Notes: generated from the letters alone by a model not told the origin. A stretch of DNA of 64,000 nt from Eledone cirrhosa (GCA_964016885.1 CAXHJY010001145.1:33264-97263), one strand, 5' to 3'; counted from the stretch's first letter, positions 25,148 through 35,879 are shown. Program-made: numbers and translations.

Positions 25148-25150
<3 letters not shown>
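24947..25150 (+). repeat. Fold-back element: 60-bp inverted arms, 5-nt loop, unique 3' tail, within (TA)n
   Basis: 24947-25006 vs 25012-25071, 4 mismatches; (TA)n on both sides. Confidence 0.85.
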
Positions 25151-25182
<32 letters not shown>

Positions 25183-25311
25183 AAAGTTATATTTAATTTG
25201 TTGGGATTCAACAAGCTTAAAAGTTTTATAACTGATATAAAGCACTCAACAGTTTACTGGAGTAAATATTCAATATATTAATAAATGGAAACTATATTTA
25301 TAAAACCATAA

Positions 25312-25378
25312 TTATTTTATTATATATATTTCAAGGGCAACCAAGGCAAATTTTGGTGTGCTTTCATCAGATAAAATA
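25312..25378 (-). ncRNA. Hammerhead ribozyme (unit A, left arm)
   Basis: Reverse complement of the 25458-25525 motif with one substitution in stem II. Confidence 0.7.
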
Positions 25379-25457
25379 CAAAATTTGTTTCATAAATGTT
25401 GACATACCCGCAGAAGAACAACCTTGACGGTTGGAGGTTCGCTGTATTCGATATATT

Positions 25458-25525
25458 TTATTTTATCTGATGAAAGCGCACCAAAATTTGCCTTGGTTGC
25501 CCTTGAAATATATATAATAAAATAA
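25458..25525 (+). ncRNA. Hammerhead ribozyme (unit A, right arm)
   Basis: TTATTTTAT CTGATGA AAGCGCACC-loop-GGTTGCCCTT GAAA TATATA TA ATAAAATAA: 9-bp stem I, intact core, palindromic minimal stem III, predicted cleavage after A25516. Confidence 0.75.
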
Positions 25526-25711
25526 TTATGGTTTTATAAATATAGTTTCCATTTATTAATATATTGTATATATATATATGTAGAAGTTATATTTAATTTG
25601 TTGGGATACAACAAGCAAATATTTTTATAACTGATATAAAGCACTCAACAAATTTTTGGAGTAAAAATACAATATATTAACAAATGGAAACTATATTTAT
25701 AAAACCATATT

Positions 25712-25776
25712 TATTTCATTATACATATTTCAAGAACACCAAAGCAAATTATGGTGCGCTTTCATCAGATAAAATA
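25712..25776 (-). ncRNA. Hammerhead ribozyme (unit B, left arm)
   Basis: Minus strand TATTTTAT CTGATGA AAGCGCACC..GGTGTTCTT GAAA TATGTA TA ATGAAATA. Confidence 0.7.
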
Positions 25777-25920
25777 TAATATAGATCAGTTTTATAAACA
25801 AATATTGACATACCCTTAAAGAATGCAACCATGTCGGTTGACTATCTGGGAGATTCCAACCGACATGATTGCATTCTTTAAGGGTATGTCAATATTTGTT
25901 TATAAAACTGATCTATATTA

Positions 25921-25985
25921 TATTTTATCTGATGAAAGCGCACCATAATTTGCTTTGGTGTCCTTGAAATATGTATAGTGAAATA
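25921..25985 (+). ncRNA. Hammerhead ribozyme (unit B, right arm)
   Basis: TATTTTAT CTGATGA AAGCGCACC..GGTGTCCTT GAAA TATGTA TA GTGAAATA; stem I kept through G-U wobbles. Confidence 0.75.
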
Positions 25986-26221
25986 AATATGGTTTTATAA
26001 ATATAGTTTCCATTTGTTAATATATTATATATAAAGGTATGCAGCCTAGTAGTTAGAGGTTTGGGCTGTCCTCTGTTTGATTCCTGGACCACAGAGTATA
26101 TAATGTTCTTGAGCAAACTATCTTGGGAAAAGTCTTGTTCTTTCAGTTGCTTAAGGCTAATGAAACCGGGATAGACTCCAGCCCCATGAGTCACCAAGCT
26201 TGAGACAGACCTTAACATATT

Positions 26222-26257
<36 letters not shown>

Positions 26258-26258
<1 letters not shown>

Positions 26259-26411
26259 ATTGTTTCTACTTTTGGCACAAGGCCAGCAAATACCTAGTGC
26301 ATTACTGGTACTTTATTTTATCGACCCCATAAGAATTTGAACTCAGAATGGCAAGGGCCGTAACTCTATGCGTCAAAGCATGGCATCTGACCCTCTACCG
26401 ATACTGCCAAA
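26258..26411 (-). mobile_element. tRNA-derived SINE with internal deletion
   Basis: Matches the SINE family; lacks the middle segment. Confidence 0.85.
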
Positions 26412-26447
26412 AATGTGTGTGTGTGTGTATCTATCTATCTATATAAA

Positions 26448-27058
26448 TCATCATCATCATCATCATCAACGTTTAACGTCCGTGTTCCACGCTTGCATGG
26501 GTTTGGACGGGGGTAGTCCCACTTGAGGCAAGAGTGATTGTCTTGCTCGCATAGGACTGTCTGGCAGGTTTTCTACAGTTGGATGCCCTTCCTAACACCA
26601 ACCACATTTACAGTGTGGGTCTGGGAGGTTTTTACCGTGTTGCCTACACGGCCACATTACAGCGTGGACTGTGTGTTTTTTTGTCGTGACACCTACACGA
26701 TCTCATTTGTTTCGGCCTCGATGGCGCGGCACCAACATAACTTTACATAGAACGGGGTGGTGTGGATGGGGTGGGGGTGGTGGTGGTGGGACAGGGTGTA
26801 TTTTGTTAGAGATGCCTACTGGCTGGAGTAGGTTTTACTATATATTTAGGTAAGGCGGGTCTTCTCTGTTACTGAGTACCGCCAAAGGTCTCGGTCCAGT
26901 GACATTGTCTTGGAGAGGTGTAAGTGTGTGATGTCGGAGTTTATCAGCTCGTCCCAGGTTTTTCTAGGTCTGCCTATTCCGTGACTACCGTCTATCTTTA
27001 TTGCCTTGCACTTTGTTATACAGCTATCGACTTTCATGCGCATCACGTGTCCATACCA
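26448..27058 (-). mobile_element. RTE LINE 3' end (same family as 35880-39502)
   Basis: WYGHVMRMKVDSCITKC..GRPRKTWDELINSD; 3' UTR homologous to 39100-39500; (GAT)n tail. Confidence 0.9.
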
Positions 27059-27283
27059 ACTATATATATATATATATATATCCGTGTTATGTTGACAAAG
27101 TAGAGTCCAATGTACCTGTGAATACTCAGATGAAACTCTGGAGTCACAGGACTCATCACTTAGCATTAATAAAGAATATTATTTATATATATATATTATA
27201 TATATATATATTATATATATATATATATTATATATATTATATATATATATATTATATATATATATATTATTTATATATATATA

Positions 27284-27475
27284 AGGGCGGTGGATTGGCA
27301 GTATCGGTAGAGGGTCGGATGCCATGCTTTGTAGCACAGTTACGTCCCTTTATGGGCTGAGTTCAAATCCCGCCGAGGTTAACTTTGCCTTTCATCCTTA
27401 CGGGGTCGATAAAATAAAGTACCAGTAATATACTGGATAATTGCTGGCTTTGTGCCTATATAAGAAACAATTATT
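27284..27475 (+). mobile_element. Young tRNA-derived SINE
   Basis: A and B boxes, family match. Confidence 0.9.
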
Positions 27476-27486
27476 TATATATATAT

Positions 27487-29150
27487 ACAATCGGTACAGT
27501 ATATGGAAGGAATATATTAGGTTAACACTTGAAGTAGCAGGAGGGGCTTAACCTTTCGGACATTAACCCTTCATCAGGAGATAGAATGAGAAATTAGAAA
27601 GATTGAAGGGACGGGCATGGCGGAATTGGAGTTAAAGAGTCTAAGAGTATGATTGATGTTGTGGATGTGGGAGGGGAGATTGATGATTAACGGGGCGGGG
27701 ATGGTATCTAAGTATTCTGAGATGATTTCAGTTGCATGCGGAAACGATAGAACGGCCGGGATTATTTGGTTTGTGTATTTTGGGGAAGAAGTAGATAGTG
27801 GGTGTGTGAGGGTTGCATACTACAAGGTGGGTGGCTGTGGGGGTAGGGGGTAGGAGAGATGAGTTGGTGAATGGTGGAGGTCACGAGTTGTTGGTGGCCA
27901 GGAGTGGGGTTAGAGGATAAAGGGCAGTAAAATAGGGTATCATGAAGTTGGCGGAGGACCTCAGCCTTGCAGAGGTCTATGTTCCACACCACCACAGTGC
28001 CACCTTTGTCGGTGGGTTTGATGATAATGTCATCACGGCACCGTAGGTTGTGAAGAGCTCGATCCTCGTAAGGTTAGAGTGACGAGAATGCTGATGGAAA
28101 CGGAACCGGTTCACAGTACATCGGCAAGTATCCACAAATGAATGGAGGGTGCTGAACTGGCCAGAGCATGGTGTCCAGTGTGATTGCTGGCGACTGAGAT
28201 GAGTGAGACGAGCTTTAGTTGATGGAAGAATCCTCCAATCTCGGCACATGTGCAGAACTCATCGCAGGTTGATGTGGTTGGTATAAAACACAAACCCCGG
28301 GCAAGGAGGGAGCGCTCAGCTTTGGAGAGTGGTAGGTCCTGGAATATGGTGACAACAGTGGAGGGGCGTGAGGGAGTGAAGGCGGCGGAGGGGCTAAGGT
28401 GGTTAGGCAAAGCATGTGCAGATTCAGTGGTGGGGAGAGGAAAGGGGGGTGGTAGGTGACAGGATAGTAGTGTTAGGGTTGGAGAGGTGAAATGAGTATG
28501 GGTGGTGATGGTAGGGAGTGGAGTGAGTGAAGTTTGTGGTTTTTGATGGAAGTGAGGAAATTGAAGAGGAAGCGATTGAGGTGAAGGATGAGGGATTGGG
28601 TGAGGATGGGAGAGAACAGATTTGGGTGAGAGTAGATCGGATAGCTGGCAAGAGGAGCGGGTAAGGATGGGCTCAGTGATGGGAGTGGAGTAAGAGGTGG
28701 GGAGGAACTTGAGGTAGAAACCTTGGGGAATGAGGTGGTGGTGGAGACAGCAACTTAAAAATGAGATGTGACTGTTATTTTTTGTTTTGGTGAAGATGAG
28801 GTTGGAGAGATGCAAGGAGGATTGGATGTAAATAGGAGGGAGAGGTTGGAGGAAGCGTTTGAGAGTGGAATGGAGCTGGCGGAGAAAAGATTGCGATTGG
28901 GCATGATGAAGGTACTGGGGTGAGAGAGAAATAGACAGGTGAGAAGAAGAAGGTGGAAGTAAGAAGAGTATAGTGGAGGAAAAGTGATAGAGAGTCGTGG
29001 TGTATTTAAATAATGCAAGAAGCAAAGAAAATATCAGTGATATGAAAAGATTTCCTGGTGGAAGTTCTGGTAAACTCTGGGTGTATATCCAGTTCCAGAG
29101 TGAAAATCCAATTTGAAAATCTAACAAATTTGAGAGGTCCACGTAAGCAT
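27487..29150 (-). mobile_element. Internally deleted Penelope-like element (N-terminal region and RT start joined to the terminal repeat)
   Basis: LSKAERSLLARGLCFIPT, DKGGTVVVW, PKIHKPNNPGRSIVSAC; jumps to the terminal repeat at ~27620; strong strand purine bias. Confidence 0.8.
27547..27580 (-). ncRNA. Minimal hammerhead motif in PLE terminal repeat
   Basis: CTGATGA A GGGT-TAAT-GTCC GAAA GGTTAAG; homologous motifs at 29231-29266 and 29750-29785. Confidence 0.6.
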
Positions 29151-29171
29151 TGATATATATATATGTATGTA

Positions 29172-29340
29172 AAAGGTAAAGAATATGGAAGGAATATATT
29201 AGGTTAATGCTTGAAATAGCAGGAAGAGGATCTTAACATTTTGGACACTAGTCCTTCATCACAAGAAAGAATGAAAAATTAGAAAGATAGTGGAATCGGA
29301 AAAAATGTTTTTAGAGAAAAATAACAGGTCCCTGTGTACA
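29172..29340 (-). mobile_element. Solo PLE terminal repeat with degenerate hammerhead
   Basis: Homologous to 27490-27620 and 29690-29870; GTGATGA A GGAC-TAGT-GTCC AAAA. Confidence 0.7.
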
Positions 29341-29474
29341 TATTCTTCTATAGTATATGTATTTGGTATTTTATGATAGCCCTTTTTCTCTATATATAAA
29401 TATGAGACAGTTGATCAACTTTCGTCAAATCAACAATTGGTCTTTCTAATTGCTAATACTATCTATTGGTTGCA

Positions 29475-29607
29475 ACTCCAGGTAGAAGGAGCAACGTGAA
29501 ATAAAGTGTCTTGCTCAAGGATATAACGCATTGCCCGGTCCGAGAATCGAACTCACGATTGCAAATCTAATTCTCCTACCACTCAGCTCAGCCACATGCC
29601 TTCACTA
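29475..29607 (-). mobile_element. tRNA-derived SINE of a second family (CORE-like TCCTTGAGCAAGACACTT)
   Basis: Minus strand TGGCTGAG..TGG A box and GTTCGATTC B box; related fragment at ~26036-26120. Confidence 0.6.
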
Positions 29608-29633
29608 TGTAAACATCTGTCTTTTAATTTGGT

Positions 29634-29664
<31 letters not shown>

Positions 29665-31188
29665 AAAAAGTAAACAGAAATAACAACACAATCGGTACAG
29701 TATATGGAAAGGATATATTAGGTTAACGCTTGATATAGCAGGAAGAGGGTCTTAATGTTTTGGACGGTAGTCCTTCATCAGAAGAAAGAATGAGAAATAA
29801 GATAGATTGAGGGGACGGGCAGGTTGGAATTGGAAAAAAATGTCTTTAGATAAAAATAACAGGTCCATTCATGTTGACATCTCTTGCAAAACTGTTGGTG
29901 CTGGCGTTTGGTGTATGATTTATTTTCTAGAAAAGTGGATGATGGAGTGCGTCTACCTGAAATGGAAAAAAAAACGTTTTGTAAAAAGAGCTATACTTGA
30001 GCACGTGCGTAAGCATGTGTGTGTGTGTATGTTATTACACGTCTGTAAGAAATGTGTGTGTATATGTGAGTAAGAAGAAATGTGTGTGTATATGTGAGTA
30101 AAAGAGTGTGTTTGCATGTAAGTACGAAGCTATGAACAAAAGTATGTTAATATAAGGGTGTGTATGTGTATATACAGAGCAGTGAAGGGAAAAGTGGAGT
30201 GAGCATATATAGTCGGCATGTATTAGTTGTAAGAGAAGATGTTAATGATCAAGAGAAAGCGATAGGAATCTAAGGGTGTGATAATGGACGGGGTATTAGA
30301 GAAATTGGGGAGGTGAGTTGAGTCCAAGAGGGGAATAGGACCCAAGGCAGTGAATCAGACTTTGTTCAGTCCCGGTGCGCGAGGCCTGTGATCCATGATG
30401 TAAAAGGACACCTAGGACTGAAACATGTAGGGAAGAATGACCAGGAGAACAGAAATGACGGGCGACAGGAGTATCCAAACCGAGTCATATGTCCCTCAAA
30501 TGCTTGGCAAAACGGTCTGCCATACGGCTTCCTGTTTTTATGATATATAAAGACCCATAAAGTGAACACCAGAGGGCATAGACGTGGGTGGATGTGCAGG
30601 TGAAAGAGTGGCGGATACGAAAGACCCGTTAGAGCCTGTAAGAGTAGTGAGGGTGGAAATGAAGGAACAACTGTTGCAGCGGGAACAGGAACAAGGATGA
30701 GAGCCGGGTGGAGTCGTGGGAGAGGATGAGAAGGAACTGCAAACCAGGAGGTTGCGGAGGTTGCAGGTGCACTTAAAAGCAGTAATGGGTGGGTTTGGAA
30801 AAAAGCGAGAAGTGACTGGGTCAGAAGAGAGGATGTGGAAGGAACGGAGGATATGTCGCCGGAGTGGTAGAGTGATGGGGTGGTAGGTGAGAGGGAAAGG
30901 GGTGAGGTGAGAGGGCTGTGGTGCAGTCTGTTTCATGGGCGTGGGTAAGAGCAGCTTGGATCAGGATGGGGGGATATCCATACTGGATGAAGCAGGAAGC
31001 CATGCAAAGGGAATGGGTTTTGAAATCGTCCTGGCTACAGAGCCGATGAAGATGGAGGAATTGGGAATAGGGTATGGAGTGTTTGGTGTGGGTTGGATGG
31101 GAGGAGGTGATGTCGAGGTAAGATTGGGAGTCTGTTGGTTTAATGAAGATGGAAGTAGAGAGGGTGTGGTGAGAGTGATTAATAGATA
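29665..31188 (-). mobile_element. Neptune-type Penelope element, 3' part (RT end, Zn finger, GIY-YIG, terminal repeat)
   Basis: KPTDSQSYL..SSHP.HTKHSIPYSQF; PCSCSRCNSC linker; VYALWC..LYI-KTGSRMADRFAKH..PVARHF..EQSLIHCLGSYSPLGLN; hammerhead-like motif at 29750-29785. Confidence 0.9.
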
Positions 31189-33167
31189 TGTTTCTTTATT
31201 AGCCACAGGGGCACAAAAAAGAAGGGGACAATTACAAAGGTGGGAAGTTTACATACAATAAAAACGTGTAAAATACTATCACAAATGCAAATTAAAAGTT
31301 AATCGATTTTCCCCAATAGGGAGAGACATTACATATGGATAACGCATACCCCCGAAAAAAATGTGCAACCCGCATCTCCAGGAGTACGAAGAGTTTGTAC
31401 CCCTTTCCTCTCCTCCTCTTTTTCCTCAACCTACAGGCTGATATAGAGAGAAGGCCCATTCACTCGGGCCATTCTCGCCACTTTCACCCACCTTTCATAA
31501 AACTTGCTGGGGTACAGCACCTCTCTCTCCATCCTGATTCTTTTTCCAAAGTGGTATTTGAAAAAAAGAATCAGTTGTTGGCCGGAGAGAAAGGTGTCTG
31601 ACCTCAGCCCTTTTAACCTCGTCCACCATACAACCTCTTTCGCCATAGCTATCACATAAAGGAAAACCGCCTCTCCTTCGTTTTTGAAGGAGGGTGGCGG
31701 TTTGATCATGACAATGGACACGGTGGTCAACCGGATTGGTCCCTCCCACGACAATAGTCATTCTACATAGCCACACAGGTCGGTAACGTCCGGGCAGTGT
31801 ATGAATGCGTGCGCAACGGTTTCTTTGTCTGGCACGCATCTCGGACAAATCTTTTTCGAAGGGTCGCTGCTCGGGCACCCATGTCTGTAGAGTTTGTCTC
31901 GAACTGGTAGAGCTCCTTGGTAGCACTGCCAGGCCAGGGACTTTTGGAAGTTGTCCATCGGTCCCGGGCGGAAGGTCCTACCGAACAGACTGGCCAGTTC
32001 GTCTTCCTCCACGCCTAGAGTTTCTCCGAGCGCGTCATCGCACTTGCTGCGGATCAACCCTCTATAGAATGACGAAGTGGAGTTTCCACTGATCGCTGGG
32101 TCCACCTGCCAGAGGGCTGTGAGCGCCTGAGCACATTCGATTTGCCAGTCGCCCATTTTCCTCAGTCTTTGCTTGACCCAGGACTGCAGCTGGGTCAGCG
32201 AGACAAGTCGTGGGAAGGCTTGCCTCACGAACGGGGCCCACACCAGTTTTGCGGTGAGGAATACGTAGAGATGCCACAGCCTGAGTGCGTGTTTGAGCAT
32301 CGTCAACCACGGCATCCCCAGCCCTCCGTTGGAAGGGTGTTGGCAGCAGATGGATCTTCTCACCAAAGGAGCCCGCTTCTTCCAAAGGAATTGGAAGAGC
32401 ACGCGCTCTATTTTGGTGAGTGTTTTGGCTGGACAAGGCACGACGGTCAAGCGGTAATAGATGACGGAGGCTATAAAAGTGTTTGCTACCTCCGTTCGAC
32501 CTTTCAAGGATAGTTTTCACTCGGCCCACTTCTGGGTGAGTGCAAACACCTTGGCCGTCACCTCGTTCCAGTTCTTCTCCCCCTGGATGTCCGCCCCAAA
32601 CCAGACCCCGAGCAGCTTCACCGGTCCTTCTGTCCAGCATCCAACGACGCCATCGGAAGGCATCGGTCTGCCTCTCCACAATCCGAGTTGCAAACCGATG
32701 GACTTGTCCCGGTTCAGCTTAGCTCCTGTGAACCTTTCGTATTCCTTCAGTAAGGTGCCGACTTCCTCGATTTGCGAGGTGCTGGACACCATTACTGTCA
32801 CATCGTCGGTGTAGGTGGACACCACTTTCCGCAGTCCCGGTTCTAGAGGGATGCCCTGCAATAGCTCCAACTTCCGCAGTAGTGGCTCGAGAGTCAGTAC
32901 GTACAGAAGGGAGGAGAGAGGGCATCCTTGTCGGATGGATCGCGTGATATGGAACGGCTCCGAGAGGTAGCCATTCACCTTGACCCTTGAGCAGATGTTG
33001 CTGTTGTGCATTGCAGCAATCCAGCCCCTGAACACGGGTCCGAAGCCTGCCGCCTCGAACACCGCATCTAGTTAACGATGGTCAACCCTATCGAAAGCCT
33101 TAGACTGATCCAAGTTGATCAGGGCCCCACCAAAGCCAGGTTTACACCCAACCCTCTCTATGATGTA
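31189..33167 (-). mobile_element. 5'-truncated Tx1/L1-clade copy 3 (diverged subfamily) inserted into the Penelope RT
   Basis: DQSKAFDRV, RQGCPLS, YTDD, GGLGMPWL, CPRC..ETVAHAFIHC; 13-bp TSD TGATTAATAGATA at 31176-31188 and 33168-33180. Confidence 0.92.
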
Positions 33168-33730
33168 TGATTAATAGATAGAGAGATATCTAGAAAAGCG
33201 AGAGAAGAATTGGAGACGGAGGCGGTGAAATTGAGAGCAGGATGGAAAGATTGGACAAAAGAAAGAAAACAGTCGAGCTGTTCTCGTGATAGAGAGGTGG
33301 CGCCAATACAGTCGTCGATACAACAACTTTATAGCTCAGGAGTCTTTCCAGTATACTGGGAGAAGATCTGGGCTTCGACGTAGCCAACAAACAAGTTGGC
33401 ATAGTTTGGACCCATTCTGGTTCCCATCGCTACCCCAGAGACCTGCTGATAAAATTCACCTGAAAAAGAAAAGCCATTGAGGGTGAGAACAAGCTCAGCC
33501 AGACGGAGAAGAGTGGTAGTGCTGTGGTAAGGGGTAGGGCGTAAGTTAACAAAATGAGGCCGTCATCATGAAGGATGATGATATAGAGAAAGGTGATGTC
33601 CAGGGTAAAGAGAAGGTGAGAGGGACCAGGAGGGAAGGAGAAGGAGTTGAAAAGTCTAAGGGCATGATTTGTATCGTGGATGTGGGAGGGGAGATTGCCG
33701 ACCACGGGGCGAGGATGGTGTCTAAATATT
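33168..33730 (-). mobile_element. Neptune-type Penelope element, upstream RT part
   Basis: LPSHIHDTNHAL, GVAMGTRMGPNYANLF, CIDD, FHPALNFT, AFLDI; continues in frame into 31175 once the Tx1 copy is removed. Confidence 0.9.
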
Positions 33731-33767
33731 CTCTCTCTCTCTATATATATATATATATAAATATATA

Positions 33768-35425
33768 CGGGATAACAGGTTATGGTTATAGGCAGACTAC
33801 TTAGATGTAGTCCAGTTAGAGTACTCCGTGTAGTGGATGGTATTAACGTGTGGCTTAGTTTGATTCAACAAGATGTTTCCATAGTGATGCTGCGAGTTCG
33901 CAGTGATTTCTATGTAGTTTATACTTGGAGTAATAATAATTCAAGAAAGAAGAGTGACATGGTTTGCTATACAATAAGGGCTTTATTCACATTGTTGACA
34001 ATTGTTTCTTTGATCTGGTAGGTCTAGAGTTCGCTACTCGCTTGATTTTGCGTCAATCGATCTCCAATTCTTTGTTTATAACCAGTCGTTTTCATCAGAG
34101 CACGCGAAAGTGAAGAAGATACACAAGGCATGGCTTTTATAGAGGAGTGGTATTAAACCAGAACAATAATATCAATAATAAAATAACTAGATACTGAATA
34201 GTTAAAATAATAACATCAATATCAGTAAGAAATAGAGTATAATAATGAATCTAGCATATTAAACGAACTGATATGATACAGATGTATGAAATTGACATGT
34301 GAAAACTGCTATAGGGTACATTAGATGTAGTGTTAAGGTGGTGAATAGATAACTGATAAAATGTACTTGGAGTCAGGATTTAAGAGGTATATGCGTGTGC
34401 TGTAGGTCTGAAGGCACGCTAGCAATAAACCGGAGATTTATTTATTGTTTGACAGATAAACATTTTCGTTGTATTAATTTAGTGAGAATGATAGGGTGGG
34501 TGCAAAGAAATATATAGTTTTTATGTGGTGTTAAGTGAAGTTGTAGATTCGTTATTTAAGTGGCCTATTCTAAAAATTGGGATTGTTAGTTCGAATCATG
34601 GGGGTTTAGTTTTCACAACATCAATAACAAATAGTGTATAAATAAGACAATAATAACAATAATAGAGACAGTAAAAGTAATAAAATAGTAAAATATGCAT
34701 GGTCGATAGAGAGAACATGATGAATAATATTAGGGATACATTGAGATGATCATAATAATAATAAGAGGAAAATAAGATTTCAAGGAGTGTAGGAGTAATA
34801 AGATAATGTACTTAGAATTAAGTTCATCTGTTCGAGATCATGAGTGCTAATGTGAGATACGTAGATACAATTGTTTGGTACGAAGGAGTAAACAACAGCA
34901 AAGATGGGATTGATTTATGGGCTGATAAGATAGTTGTAGACATTACTGCCCCATCCTAGTGGTATAGAATTAGGGAGGCTAAAAGCTGTTTATAGAAGAT
35001 TATGGTTCTGTAGTGGGCTGTGTGAGAATGTGGATTTCATATGTTAATATAGGGGATGCTGGTTTGAATCAAGGTGGTTTAAATCTCGCGAATTTTGTAG
35101 CAATCCTATGTCTGCAGAAAATTGACCTTTCTATTTTGCTGTTGAGTAGCATTTTATCGTTCCTTAAGATATGTAGCAATTCAAGGCTGCAGAGCCCGCA
35201 ATGGGATATACCGCTGCTATAGGCCTTTGCAGCCGCTAATTTCGATCAGTTAATATTGTAATCAAGGTTTTTGTCCTTAAGTTGCCAGAGTTTATTGGCG
35301 AGGATTGTAGAATTTACCAGCGAGTAGCGAACTCTAGACCTACCAGATCAAAGAAATAATTGTCAGCAATGTGAATAAAGCCTTTATTGTATAGCTAACC
35401 ATGTCACTCTTCTTTCTTGAATTAT
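33768..35425 (-). mobile_element. 5'-truncated Penelope-like element (Naiad-like endonuclease C-terminus) with inverted terminal piece
   Basis: Minus strand 35318-35069: NSTILANKLWQLKDKNLDYNIN*SKLAAAKAYSSGISHCGLCSLE..LLNSKIE..FCRH; 107-bp inverted repeat 33936-34042 / 35319-35425; ATATATATAAATATATA on both flanks. Confidence 0.75.
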
Positions 35426-35879
35426 ATATATAAATATATATATATTATTATTCTAGAATCTTCCTCTCATCACTCCCTCTCATTGTCTATACGCTTGCAC
35501 CTTCTCACCCCCCCCCCCTTCTCTCCTCAAGTATAAAATAAAACTAAGGCCAGAATTTATCTATCTAATCTCTCTTCACGGCCGATTTGTCGATTTGAGA
35601 AATGTAAGCAAAACACTTGTCTTTCCATTTTTCGTAGTCCTTTTGACCAGTGTCATTTAAACTTTTATTTATGCCCGTTTAAAATCTAATCTCTCTTTTT
35701 TCTCTTGGATTTTCAATTAATATTTCACATGTTTTTAATAATATGCCTCATTCTGTTTGGACCCTTCCTAAAAACTAACCTTCTCCTAAAGTTACCCATT
35801 TCATAACTCAGCGGTTTACCGTAAGTTCTCTTACAAATCTGTATAGCAAAGCTACCACCTCGGTTATTACTTCTTAAGT

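Larger units (their letters stand above)
25180..25566 (-). mobile_element. Fold-back hammerhead element, unit A (probable non-autonomous PLE terminal-repeat derivative)
   Basis: 108-bp inverted arms 25271-25378 / 25459-25566 (1 mismatch); flanked by (TA)n; hammerhead in each arm. Confidence 0.7.
25580..26026 (-). mobile_element. Fold-back hammerhead element, unit B
   Basis: 170-bp inverted arms 25671-25840 / 25857-26026 with a 16-nt spacer; homologous to but clearly diverged from unit A. Confidence 0.7.

Noticed and set aside
28111-29142. 343-aa minus-strand ORF as an intact gene
   Set aside because: Frame-shifted mosaic of the Penelope N-terminal region in stop-poor, pyrimidine-rich sequence
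35246-35248. In-frame TGA in the Naiad-like peptide as selenocysteine
   Set aside because: Falls where Trp is expected (NIxW), so TGG to TGA decay is simpler; no SECIS identified
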